45,795 nt of DNA from Acidobacteriota bacterium (GTDB lineage Bacteria; Acidobacteriota; UBA4820; DSQY01). Below the pieces are notes generated by a model that saw nothing but the letters and a program-made list of their open reading frames with translations, ran no database searches and had not been told where the DNA came from. This document shows positions 1 to 8,838 of the stretch, piece after piece. Each line of letters begins with the position of its first letter. Positions within the stretch are counted from its first letter, which is position 1. The position numbers and the translations under genes were made by a program. Where the stretch lies: NCBI GenBank assembly GCA_049967655.1, contig JBMFSH010000021.1, positions 1-45,795 on the forward strand. Reading direction: 5' to 3'.

Positions 1-6
1 TCGCAT
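1..6 (-). CDS. 5' end of a gene running off the left edge (ATG CGA...), product unknown
   Basis: Minus strand reads AAGGAGGTTAGCCTG-ATG, with ATG at 6-4 and a strong SD. A sigma70-like promoter lies just upstream. Confidence 0.55.
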
Positions 7-27
7 CAGGCTAACCTCCTTAGTGGC

Positions 28-56
28 AGTATAGGAGGTTGTCTTATGATGCGCAA
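28..56 (-). promoter_or_regulatory. sigma70-type promoter for the off-window minus-strand gene
   Basis: TTGCGC (56-51), 17 nt spacer, TATACT (33-28), in an AT-rich patch of an otherwise GC-rich sequence. Confidence 0.6.
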
Positions 57-187
57 CTAATTAGGACGTCATGTATAATTTTGGTCCTCCCCGCGGGCGG
101 CGCAAGGCTCTGCGCACCTTCCTCTTCCCATCGCGGCTTCTCCCCCCAAGTCATCCCCTGCTATCTTGTGGATCTGGAGGAGGCTCG

Positions 188-1903
188 ATGAGCGCCATTC
201 GCGTACTGCCCGACGACCTGGTGAACAAGATCGCCGCCGGCGAGGTCGTCGAGCGGCCCTCGTCGGTGGTGAAGGAGCTGGTGGAGAACGCGCTCGACGC
301 GGGCGCCGGAAGGATCACCGTGGCGGTGCGCGACGGCGGCCGCTCGGCTATCGTCGTGGAGGACGACGGGGCCGGGATTTCGGCCGCGGATCTGCCCCTG
401 GCCATCCAGCGGCACGCCACGAGCAAGCTTTCCACCGTCGCGGACCTGGCCGCCATCGCCACGCTGGGGTTTCGCGGCGAGGCCCTCCCCTCCATCGCCT
501 CCGTGAGCCGGTTCAGCCTGACGAGCCGCCCGAGAGGGGCGGCGGAGGGGCGGCGCGTGCGCGTGGAGGGAGGCCGGATCCGACCGGCCGAGCCCGCCGG
601 CCTGTTCGAAGGCACGCGCGTGGAGGTGGAGGATCTCTTCTTCAACGTTCCCGCCCGGCGCAAGTTCCTCCGCACCCCCGGCACCGAGCTGACCCACGTG
701 ATCGCGCTGCTGGAGCACTACGCCCTGGCCCGCCCCGACTGCGCCTTCGTGCTGGAGAGCGACGGTCGGAACCTGCTCAACCTCGCCCCTTCGCCGAGCC
801 GGATCGAGCGGTTCTTCGAGCTCTTTCCCGAGCTGCCCAGGGAGGACTTCGTGGAGCTGGAGGGCGAGGGCCCCGTCGTCACGATTTCCGGCCTTGCGGG
901 GAAGCCGACCCGAAACCTGGGCACCGCCCGTTACCAGTTCACCCTCGTGAACGGTCGCTTCATCCGCGACCGGCTCCTCCAGCACGCCATCACGCAGGCC
1001 TACGAGAACACCCACCCAAAGGGACGCTACCCCGTGGTGCTCCTCTGCCTCGCCGTCCCCTTCTCCAGGGTCGACGTGAACGTGCACCCCGCCAAGCGGG
1101 AGGTGCGCTTCGTGGAGGGGCAGGCGGTGCACAACATCGTCGCCGCGGCGATCCGCAGGGCCATTGCCCCCGGGTCTGTGTCCGCCCCCCGCGCCGACTT
1201 CGTCTCCGAGCCCCCCAGCCGCTACGGGGGCCCGCCCCCTTCTGAACCCTCCGCCTTCGGCACCCTGGGCGCCGGAGGCCTTTTCGGCCCGCGGTTGGAA
1301 ATGCCGGTTCCCGCTCCCTCGGGGCCCACCGCGCCGTCCCCCCTGCGCGCTCTCTGCCAGTGGCGCCACTCCTTCATCCTCTGCGATTCGCCCGAGGGGC
1401 TGGCCATCGTGGACCAGCACGTGGCCCACGAGCGCGTCCGCTTCGAACAATTCAGGAGGTTCCTGGACTCGCCCGGTCCCCGTCAGGCCTTCCTGGTGCC
1501 CCAACGCTTCACCCTGCCCCGTCAGGTGGCCCACCGCGCGGAGGAGCTGGCGGCTCTCCTGTGTGCCCAGGGCTTCGAGGCTGAGCCGGGCGGCGAGGAG
1601 TCGGTTCTGGTGCGCTCGGCGCCCGCCTTTCTCACCCAATCGGAAACAGATCGCCTCCTTTCGGAGTTCTTCGAATCGGCGGCGGAGGTTCTGAGAACCC
1701 CCCGCGACCGGTGGAGGGAGGTCCTGATCATGCGATCGTGCAGGGGGTCGGTCATGTTGAACGATCCGCTGACCCCGGAGAAGGCGCAGTACCTGCTCGA
1801 CACGCTCTACGCGCTCGGCGCCCCCTTGACCTGCCCCCACGGTCGGCCTATCGTCTTTACGCTCAAGGAGGCCGAACTCCTGGCCAAGTTCGACAGGAAA
1901 TAG
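188..1903 (+). CDS. mutL: DNA mismatch repair endonuclease MutL
   Basis: NKIAAGEVVERP, ENALDAGA and TLGFRGEAL GHKL motifs; VDVNVHPAKREVRF; C-terminal endonuclease motifs DQHVAHER, SCR and CPHGRP. Start moved to ATG 188, which follows a GGAGGAGG SD. Confidence 0.97.
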   Translation: MSAIRVLPDDLVNKIAAGEVVERPSSVVKELVENALDAGAGRITVAVRDGGRSAIVVEDDGAGISAADLPLAIQRHATSKLSTVADLAAIATLGFRGEALPSIASVSRFSLTSRPRGAAEGRRVRVEGGRIRPAEPAGLFEGTRVEVEDLFFNVPARRKFLRTPGTELTHVIALLEHYALARPDCAFVLESDGRNLLNLAPSPSRIERFFELFPELPREDFVELEGEGPVVTISGLAGKPTRNLGTARYQFTLVNGRFIRDRLLQHAITQAYENTHPKGRYPVVLLCLAVPFSRVDVNVHPAKREVRFVEGQAVHNIVAAAIRRAIAPGSVSAPRADFVSEPPSRYGGPPPSEPSAFGTLGAGGLFGPRLEMPVPAPSGPTAPSPLRALCQWRHSFILCDSPEGLAIVDQHVAHERVRFEQFRRFLDSPGPRQAFLVPQRFTLPRQVAHRAEELAALLCAQGFEAEPGGEESVLVRSAPAFLTQSETDRLLSEFFESAAEVLRTPRDRWREVLIMRSCRGSVMLNDPLTPEKAQYLLDTLYALGAPLTCPHGRPIVFTLKEAELLAKFDRK

Positions 1904-1921
1904 AAACGGAGATCCCACCCG

Positions 1922-2524
1922 ATGAGACAATCCATTGCCCTGGCGGCGGCGGTGTTCCTCGTGGCGGCTCTGGCCGCCTGCTCGCAGAACGAATATTCGA
2001 TGAAGGGCCCCGCGCCCAAGGCGCCGGAGCACTACAGGGACGCCCACATCGTGATCAAGGGGAGAGGGGCCGGCATGAACGCCATGCCCGTACCCGAGGA
2101 CCAGACCGATGAGGACTCCGGCCAAGCCTCCGGGCAGACGCAGACCGACGGGAGCGGCGCGAAGGCCTCAGCCGGCCAGACGACTCAGGGGCAAGCCCTC
2201 TACGCCGGCACCATCGAGTTGCCGGCCTCGCTCAAGGCCGACTTCACCCCCGGCGAGACGCTTTTCATCATCGGCCGGGCCGCCGACCAGCCCGTCCCGG
2301 TCGCCGCCAAGAAGCTGGCGGTCTCCTCCTTTCCCGTGGAGTTCACCCTCGGTCCGGGGGACTCCATGACGGGTCAGTCCCTGCCCTCCTCCATGGAGAT
2401 CCTCGCGCGCCTCGACAAGGACGGCAACCTCAACACGGAGAATCCCAAAGACATGACCGCCGGCCCCGAGATGGCGACGTCGGGCAGCAGGATCACCCTC
2501 ACCCTCCACGAGGCGGGCAAGTGA
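1922..2524 (+). CDS. Lipoprotein with CcmI/CycH C-terminal Ig-like domain
   Basis: Lipobox LAAC after a hydrophobic stretch. TLFIIGRA..PVAAKKL..FPVEFTL..DSM..ARLDKDG matches the CycH/CcmI C-terminal pattern. Confidence 0.7.
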   Translation: MRQSIALAAAVFLVAALAACSQNEYSMKGPAPKAPEHYRDAHIVIKGRGAGMNAMPVPEDQTDEDSGQASGQTQTDGSGAKASAGQTTQGQALYAGTIELPASLKADFTPGETLFIIGRAADQPVPVAAKKLAVSSFPVEFTLGPGDSMTGQSLPSSMEILARLDKDGNLNTENPKDMTAGPEMATSGSRITLTLHEAGK

Positions 2525-3354
2525 GCGGGTCGGACGAGTTCGAACGCCTCGTGGAGATCATGGCCAGGCTGAGGGCCCCGGGCGGCTGCCCCTGGGACCG
2601 GGCCCAGAGCCGAGAAGACCTGAAAACCTACCTCGTGGAGGAAACCTACGAAGTCCTGGACGCCGTCGACCAGGGCGACGCGGCCATGCTCCGCGAGGAG
2701 CTGGGCGACGTGCTGCTGCAGGTGGTCTTCCACGCCCAGATCGCCCAAGAGGAAGGGGCCTTCACCATCGAGGAGGTCTGCCGGGGCATCAACGAGAAGC
2801 TGGTCAGGCGCCACCCGCACGTGTTCGGCGAGGTGAAGGCCGACACGCCCGAGCAGGTTCTGCAGAACTGGGAGGCCATCAAGAAAGAAGAGAAAGCGGA
2901 GAAAAACGGCGAGGCGGCGCCCGCTAGCGTGCTCTCCGGCGTTCCCAGGGTCCTCCCCGCCCTCTTGAAGGCCTACCGGCTTCAGCAGAAGGCCTCCCGC
3001 GTGGGCTTCGACTGGGAGGAGCGCCGTCAGGTGGAGGAGAAAGTGCGGGAAGAGTGGGCCGAACTGAACGAGGCCGTCGCCGAGGGCGACAAAGCCCACG
3101 TTCGGGAGGAGCTTGGCGATTTCCTCTTCGCCTTGGTGAACCTCTCGCGCTTCCTGGAGGTGGACCCAGAGGACGCTCTCCAGCAGGCCAACGCCAAGTT
3201 CGCCCGGCGGTTTCAGGCCATCGAGCGGGAGGCCCAGGTGCGCGGCAGGGATATCCACGGCATGACCCTCGACGAGATGGACGAGCTGTGGGAGCTGGTC
3301 AAACAGAGGGAGCGGGCGGATTCTCCGAGGTTGCCCTTCGGTGGATCGAGATGA
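2521..3354 (+). CDS. mazG: Nucleoside triphosphate pyrophosphohydrolase MazG
   Basis: LRAPGGCPWD, EETYEV, EELGDVLLQVVFH, KLVRRHPHVF, second EELGD domain. GTG start overlaps the upstream stop (GTGA). Confidence 0.96.
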   Translation: MSGSDEFERLVEIMARLRAPGGCPWDRAQSREDLKTYLVEETYEVLDAVDQGDAAMLREELGDVLLQVVFHAQIAQEEGAFTIEEVCRGINEKLVRRHPHVFGEVKADTPEQVLQNWEAIKKEEKAEKNGEAAPASVLSGVPRVLPALLKAYRLQQKASRVGFDWEERRQVEEKVREEWAELNEAVAEGDKAHVREELGDFLFALVNLSRFLEVDPEDALQQANAKFARRFQAIEREAQVRGRDIHGMTLDEMDELWELVKQRERADSPRLPFGGSR

Positions 3355-3442
3355 GAAGATTACGAGATGCCGAGATGAGGTGCTCCAAGCCGGACCGGCA
3401 TCGGTCTTCCCTCATCTCCTCATCCCCTCATTTCCTCATCCC
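3348..3442. repeat. Inverted pair of 4x8-bp tandem repeat tracts
   Basis: GAGATGAG AAGATTAC GAGATGCC GAGATGAG (3348-3379) and CTCATCTC CTCATCCC CTCATTTC CTCATCCC (3411-3442). Confidence 0.85.
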
Positions 3443-3463
3443 GTTCCCCGGAGGTCTCCTCCC

Positions 3464-4753
3464 GTGAAGTATCTCATCAAGACCTGGGGCTGTCAGATGA
3501 ACGCCCTGGACAGCGACAAGATGGCGGGCCTGCTCCAGGGGATGGGCTACCTGCCCACGGAGGAGGAGCGGGAGGCGGACGTGATCCTCCTCAACACCTG
3601 CTCCGTCCGCGAGGGCCCCGAGAACAAGGTCTTCACCGAGCTGGGGCGGCTCCACCCCCTCAAGCGGCGCAAGCCGCTCATCCTGGGCCTGGTGGGCTGC
3701 GTGGCCCAGCAGGAGAAGGAGCAGGTCTTCAAGCGCGCCCCCTACGTCGACCTCGTGATGGGGCCGCGCGGCGTGCGGCACCTGCCCGAGCTCCTCGCAC
3801 AGGCCAGCAACCAGCGGGCCATCGATACCCAGTTTCACGACGATTCGATCCTCTTCCCCGACCAGGCCATCGCGCGCACCAACCCGACCAAGGCCTACAT
3901 CACCGTCATGGAGGGCTGCAACAAGCGCTGCACCTTCTGCATCGTACCCACCACGCGGGGGCGCGAGGTCTGCCGTCCGCTCGCCGACATCGTCCAGGAG
4001 GCCCGTCGGGCCGTGGACGGGGGCTACAAGGAGGTGGAGCTGCTGGGCCAGAACGTGAACTGCTGGAGGGAGGGAGACCGCACGTTCCCGGACCTTCTGG
4101 CCGCCGTGAGCGACCTCCCCGGCCTCAGGCGCCTGCGCTTCACCACCAGCCACCCGCGCCACTTTCCGCTCGCCGCCGCGGACCTCATGGCCGAACGCGA
4201 GAACCTCTGCCCCTACCTCCACCTGCCCGTCCAGGCCGGCTCGGACCGGGTGCTGAAGCTCATGCGCCGTCAGTACGACCAAGCCTGGTACCTGGAGCTG
4301 GTCCGGCAGATCCGGGAGAGGCTCCCCCACATCGCCCTCTCCACCGACGTCATCGTGGGTTTCCCCTCGGAGACCGAGGAGGACTTCCAACAGACCCTGA
4401 ATGTGGTGCGCCAAGTGGAGTACGACACCCTCTTTTCCTTCCGCTACTCGCCCCGGCCCGGTACCCCCGCCGCCGGCATGGAGCCGGTGCCCGAGGCCGT
4501 AGCTCGCGAGCGCCACCAACGCCTGCTGGACCTTCAGCTTGAGATTCAGACCCGGCGCTTCGCTGCCATGGAAGGCCGGGTGGTCGAGGTGCTCGTGGAG
4601 GGCGAGAGCAAGAAGGGCGGCCAAGCCATGGGCCGCACCTCGGACAACAAGGTCGTCAACTTCGCCGCCGCGCGGCCCGTCGCCGTGAACACCTTCGTCA
4701 ACGTCCGGATCACCCAGTCCGCCGTCAACAGCCTGGTGGGCGAACTCGCCTGA
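3464..4753 (+). CDS. miaB: tRNA methylthiotransferase MiaB
   Basis: TWGCQMN, LNTCSVRE, GCVAQ; radical SAM CNKRCTFC; HLPVQAGSD; C-terminal TRAM domain. GTG 3464 follows a GGAGG SD. Confidence 0.96.
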   Translation: MKYLIKTWGCQMNALDSDKMAGLLQGMGYLPTEEEREADVILLNTCSVREGPENKVFTELGRLHPLKRRKPLILGLVGCVAQQEKEQVFKRAPYVDLVMGPRGVRHLPELLAQASNQRAIDTQFHDDSILFPDQAIARTNPTKAYITVMEGCNKRCTFCIVPTTRGREVCRPLADIVQEARRAVDGGYKEVELLGQNVNCWREGDRTFPDLLAAVSDLPGLRRLRFTTSHPRHFPLAAADLMAERENLCPYLHLPVQAGSDRVLKLMRRQYDQAWYLELVRQIRERLPHIALSTDVIVGFPSETEEDFQQTLNVVRQVEYDTLFSFRYSPRPGTPAAGMEPVPEAVARERHQRLLDLQLEIQTRRFAAMEGRVVEVLVEGESKKGGQAMGRTSDNKVVNFAAARPVAVNTFVNVRITQSAVNSLVGELA

Positions 4754-4774
4754 AGCTCCCCGGCCGCAGCCGGT

Positions 4775-4792
4775 GCCCCCTCGAAAGGCGGC
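4775..4792. terminator. Small hairpin between convergent miaB and Trm112-like genes
   Basis: GCCCCCT-CGAA-AGGCGGC, a UUCG loop on the minus strand. No U tract. Confidence 0.35.
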
Positions 4793-4978
4793 TCAACCCT
4801 CCGACTCTTCCAGGCTCCCCGCGCTGGGCAGGAGGATGGGGATGCCCTCCTCGACGGGGTAGACCCGGCCGCAGCCGGTGCAGCGAAGCTCCTCCTTGCC
4901 CTCCCGCTCGCGGGAGGTCAGGGGCTCCCGGCAGACGGGACAGGCCAGGATTTCGAGGAACTCGGGATCGATGGGCAT
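4793..4978 (-). CDS. Trm112/YcaR family protein
   Basis: FLEILACPVCREPL...LRCTGCGRVYPVEEGIPILL is the typical Trm112-like pattern. GGGAGG SD. Confidence 0.92.
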   Translation of the reverse strand: MPIDPEFLEILACPVCREPLTSREREGKEELRCTGCGRVYPVEEGIPILLPSAGSLEESEG

Positions 4979-5047
4979 GGTCGCGCCTCCCTTCCCATCC
5001 TACCGGAACGGCCCGGGGCGCGGAAGGCCCCGACGGTGCGTCTCTCC

Positions 5048-5077
5048 TTGGCCGGGTTGGGGATTCTGGACTATAAT
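5048..5077 (+). promoter_or_regulatory. sigma70-type promoter of the DUF4388-rnj-MFS cluster
   Basis: TTGGCC, 18 nt spacer, TATAAT, 26 nt upstream of ATG 5104. Confidence 0.55.
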
Positions 5078-5103
5078 ACGGGCTTATCCCGGAAGGGAGG
5101 AGG

Positions 5104-5868
5104 ATGCCCGAGTACATCTTCAGGGGAGCCCTCGCGGAGAACCCCCTGCCTGAAATCCTTCAGAAAATCTATTACTACAAGGTTCCAGGTGTCCTCACCG
5201 CGTCGCGCCAGAGCGGGCAGAAGCAGATCTTCATCACCGGAGGCGAGGTGATCTTTGCAGCCTCCACCTTTCCCGCGGACCGCCTAGGTGAGTTCCTCCT
5301 GGCCAGGCGAGAGATCACGCGTGAGCAATACGAGCGCTCCGTGCTCCTGATGCGGGAGAGCGGCAAGCGGCAGGGCGCCGCGCTGGTGGCGATCGGCGCC
5401 CTCACCCCCCAGCAGCTCCTGAGCGCCGTCAAGGACCAGGTGATGGCCATCCTCTGGTCCCTCTTCAACTGGGACGACGGCGAGGTCACCTTCAAGGTGG
5501 GCAAATTCAAGGATGACGAGATCATCAAGTTGAAGGTGGACACGCGTTACGCCATCCTGCACGGCATCAAGGGCATCGAGGACCCGAAGCGGGTGGTCCG
5601 GTGGCTGGGCCGCAAGGAGGACGTCTTCGAGCCCGCCGAGAACTCCCTCGCTCTTCTCCCCTCGCTCCCGCTGTCGCTGGAGGACAAGCAGGTCTTCCGG
5701 CTGGTGGACGGCATCCGGACCTTCCTGGACGTGCTGAAGGCCTCCAGCCTCGATTCCACCGCCACCGCCAAGATACTGTACGCGCTGTACATCCTCGGCC
5801 TTATCAAGCGGAGAAACACGGCGATCCGAATCGTCGCGGCTCCGGAGGGGGGCGGCGGAACATGCTAA
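5104..5868 (+). CDS. DUF4388 (PatA_N) domain protein with MshEN-like insert
   Basis: FRGALAENPLPEILQ..GVL..IFITGGEVIFA and LFNWDDGEVTF (DUF4388 halves) flank RLGEFLL..; C-terminal VDGIRT winged-helix-like part. Strong SD. Confidence 0.8.
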   Translation: MPEYIFRGALAENPLPEILQKIYYYKVPGVLTASRQSGQKQIFITGGEVIFAASTFPADRLGEFLLARREITREQYERSVLLMRESGKRQGAALVAIGALTPQQLLSAVKDQVMAILWSLFNWDDGEVTFKVGKFKDDEIIKLKVDTRYAILHGIKGIEDPKRVVRWLGRKEDVFEPAENSLALLPSLPLSLEDKQVFRLVDGIRTFLDVLKASSLDSTATAKILYALYILGLIKRRNTAIRIVAAPEGGGGTC

Positions 5869-7508
5869 AGATCGCCTTCCTGGGAGGCCTCGGGGATTTC
5901 GGCAAGAACATGACCGTCTTCGATCAGGACGGCCGCCTGCTGGTGGTGGACTGCGGCAGCATGTTTCCCGAAGCGGATTTCCCCGGCATCGACCTGGTCT
6001 TCCCCGACTTCACCTACCTCCAGGACAAAGCGGACCGCTTCGAAGGGCTGGTCCTGACCCACGGCCACGAAGACCACCTCGGAGCCGCACCCTTCCTCTT
6101 GCGCCAGTTTCCCATGCCCGTATACGGGGGACCGGTGACCCTGGGCATCCTCGGGCGCAAGCTGGAGGAGCTGGAGGTCACGGCTCCCGCGCAGGTGACG
6201 CTCCAGGCTGGGGCGACCTACGACCTCGGTCCCTTCACTCTCGAAGCCATCCCCGTGACCCACTCCATCCCGGACGCGTTTTCCCTGCTGATCCGGACGG
6301 CCGACGCCACGGTACTGCACACGGGGGATTTCAAGCTCGACCAGACCCCCCTGGACGGTCGGCTCACCCACTACCACCGCTTCCAGGAGGCGGGCGCGCG
6401 AGGCGTCACCGCCCTCCTGATCGACAGCACCAACGTGGAGGTGGAGGGCATGGTGGGCTCGGAGGTGCGGGTCCGCCTCACCCTTGAGCGCTACATCGCC
6501 TCCCAGAGGGGCAAGCTCTTCATCACGCTCTTCTCCTCCAACCTCATGCGGGTGCAGAGCATCCTTGATCTCGCCGCGGCCCACGGCAAGAGGGTGGCCT
6601 TCTTCGGCCGCTCCCTCGTGCAGAACGTGAAGGTCGGCCAGGAGACGGGCTACCTCCGGATGCCCCCCGGCGTCGAGGTGGGCGTGGAGGAGGTGCCGGA
6701 CCTGCCCAGGAGCGAGGTGATTGTCATCGCCTCGGGGAGCCAAGCCGAGCCCTTCGCGGCGCTCAACCGGCTCGTCTTCGACGAGTCCCGGCATCTCTAC
6801 GTGGAGGAGGGCGACCTGCTCATCTTCTCGGCGCGCATCATACCGGGCAACGAGAAGCGGGTGGCGCGCGTGATCAACCAAGTCTATCGAAACGGCGGCC
6901 AGGCCGTGACTCCGCGTGAGGACCGAGTGCACGTGTCGGGCCACGGGGCCCAGGAGGAGATCAAGCTGCTCGCTTCATGGGTGCGGCCGCGCTACTACAT
7001 CCCCATCCATGGGGAATACCGCCAGTTGAAGGGGAACGCCGCCCTCGCCAAAGAGATGGGCTATCCCGACGAAAATACTCTGGTCTGCGACACGGGCCAC
7101 TGCCTCCACTTCGAAGCGGGCGAGCTGGTGGGCCGGGAGGAGGTGCCCACCGGGAGCCAGCTCATCGACGGGGATACCTCGGACGCCGTGGATCGCGTCG
7201 TCGTGAGGGATCGCCGCCACCTCTCCCAGGACGGAGTCGTGGTGCCCATCGTGGTCATCAACCGCCAGACGGGCCGGATGGAATCGGTCCCCGAGATCAT
7301 CAGCCGCGGTTATCCCTACCTCGAGGGGGCCAACGGGACCGTGGAGGAGGTGCGGGCGGACCTAGTGGCCATGGTGCGGAGCCTGCCGCAGGAGGAGATC
7401 CGAGACGACTCCATCGTGAAGGCCAGGGTGAAAAGCACCGTCAAGAAAACGCTGAAGCGCAACGACGCCAAGATCCCCCTCATCATCCCGGTGGTGATGG
7501 AAATATAA
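5862..7508 (+). CDS. rnj: Ribonuclease J
   Basis: LGGLGDFGKNM, THGHEDH, HSIPD, HTGDFKLDQTP, HVSGH, PIHGE and C-terminal PLIIPVVMEI. ATG 5862 overlaps the upstream stop. Confidence 0.95.
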   Translation: MLKIAFLGGLGDFGKNMTVFDQDGRLLVVDCGSMFPEADFPGIDLVFPDFTYLQDKADRFEGLVLTHGHEDHLGAAPFLLRQFPMPVYGGPVTLGILGRKLEELEVTAPAQVTLQAGATYDLGPFTLEAIPVTHSIPDAFSLLIRTADATVLHTGDFKLDQTPLDGRLTHYHRFQEAGARGVTALLIDSTNVEVEGMVGSEVRVRLTLERYIASQRGKLFITLFSSNLMRVQSILDLAAAHGKRVAFFGRSLVQNVKVGQETGYLRMPPGVEVGVEEVPDLPRSEVIVIASGSQAEPFAALNRLVFDESRHLYVEEGDLLIFSARIIPGNEKRVARVINQVYRNGGQAVTPREDRVHVSGHGAQEEIKLLASWVRPRYYIPIHGEYRQLKGNAALAKEMGYPDENTLVCDTGHCLHFEAGELVGREEVPTGSQLIDGDTSDAVDRVVVRDRRHLSQDGVVVPIVVINRQTGRMESVPEIISRGYPYLEGANGTVEEVRADLVAMVRSLPQEEIRDDSIVKARVKSTVKKTLKRNDAKIPLIIPVVMEI

Positions 7509-7544
7509 GGGCAGGAGACTCGGCCCGCCCCGGAAAGAGGCCGG

Positions 7545-8831
7545 ATGAGCCTGGATCAATTTCTCAAGGGCACAGCCCCCGGCAGCGCGGCCCATACGCT
7601 CAGGGCCCTGCGCCACCGCAACTTCCGCCTCTTCTTCTTCGGCCAGCTCGTCTCCCTCATCGGAACCTGGATGCAGAGCCTCGCCCAGGGTTGGCTCGTC
7701 TGGCGGCTCAGCCACTCGGCTTGGCTGCTGGGCCTCGTGGGATTCTGCCAGATGGCGCCGGTGCTTCTGCTCGGGCTCCTTGGCGGCGTCGTAGCGGACC
7801 GTTTCGATCGGCACAGGATGGTCATCGCCACCCAGAGCGCCGCCCTCGTCCAGTCCGTCCTCCTGGCGGCCCTCACCCTGGCCGGCGCGATCACCGTCTG
7901 GCAGATCATGGCCCTGGCCCTGCTGCTGGGCGTCGTCAACGCCTTCGATATGCCGATCCGGCAGGCCTTCCTCGTCCAGATGGTAGGACGGGAGGACCTG
8001 GGCAACGCCATCGCGCTCAACTCCTCCATCTTCAACGGTGCAAGGATCATCGGCCCGGCCGTGGCGGGATTGGTGGTGGCCCGGTGGGGCGAGGGCATGT
8101 GCTTCAGCCTCAACGCCGTCTCCTTCCTCGCGGTCCTCGCCAGTCTCATCGCCATGCGCCTCGACAAGCGCCCCCTCCCCCGGCCCGAGGGCAACACCGG
8201 CCAGAGGCTGGCGGAGGGTTTCTCCTACGCCTGGCGCACACCCCACGTCCGGTTCCTGCTCTCCCTGATGATGGTGACGAGCCTCTTCGCCTTTCCCTTC
8301 ACCTCGTTTCTGCCGGCCCTGGTTGGCGGCGTGCTTCACGGGGGAGCCAAGGGGCTTGGGACGCTGATGACCTGCTCGGGCGTCGGCGCGCTCCTGGGCG
8401 CCCTCGCCGTTGCCCGCCGGGAGGGCATCCGGGGGATGGGCCGGCTGGTCGGTACCACGGGCGCCGGCTTCGGCCTGTTCCTGATGGCCTTCGGCCTCTC
8501 CAGAAGCTTCTGGCTCTCCTGCGCACTGATCCTGGCGGTGGGCTTTTGCATGATGATCCAAATGGCCGCCACCAACACGCTCCTCCAGAGCTTGGTCCCG
8601 GAGGAGCTCCGGGGGCGGCTCATGAGCCTCTACACGGTGACCTTTGTCGGGGTGGCCCCCATCGGCAGTTTGTTGCTGGGCTGGCTGGCCCACTACCTGA
8701 AAATCCAGTGGGTGCTGGTGGGGGGAGGCGCCATCACGGCGGCGGCGGGAGTGGTCTTTCTGTTTTTCGTCCCCATGATCCGCCCCTCCGTGCTGCCCCT
8801 CCTGGCCGAGGGGAACGGGGAGTTCACCTAG
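7545..8831 (+). CDS. MFS transporter (MFS_3/DHA3-like)
   Basis: ALRHRNFRLFFFGQLVSLIGTWMQ, GGVVADRFDR (motif A), about 12 hydrophobic segments. Confidence 0.92.
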   Translation: MSLDQFLKGTAPGSAAHTLRALRHRNFRLFFFGQLVSLIGTWMQSLAQGWLVWRLSHSAWLLGLVGFCQMAPVLLLGLLGGVVADRFDRHRMVIATQSAALVQSVLLAALTLAGAITVWQIMALALLLGVVNAFDMPIRQAFLVQMVGREDLGNAIALNSSIFNGARIIGPAVAGLVVARWGEGMCFSLNAVSFLAVLASLIAMRLDKRPLPRPEGNTGQRLAEGFSYAWRTPHVRFLLSLMMVTSLFAFPFTSFLPALVGGVLHGGAKGLGTLMTCSGVGALLGALAVARREGIRGMGRLVGTTGAGFGLFLMAFGLSRSFWLSCALILAVGFCMMIQMAATNTLLQSLVPEELRGRLMSLYTVTFVGVAPIGSLLLGWLAHYLKIQWVLVGGGAITAAAGVVFLFFVPMIRPSVLPLLAEGNGEFT

Positions 8832-8838
8832 AAAGGAG

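Noticed and set aside
71..187. N-terminal extensions given by the ORF track (mutL 71; also miaB 3341, rnj 5601, FadF-like 28912, plsC 36716, aconitase 40059, EamA 35730)
   Set aside because: Family homology and SD sites begin at downstream starts; the extensions cross promoters, repeats or neighbouring genes.
4750..4795. Selenocysteine or readthrough at the Trm112 TGA (hairpin right after the stop, in-frame TGCGR repeat)
   Set aside because: The domain is already complete, the TGA is not at a Cys position, and the extension would run antisense into miaB.
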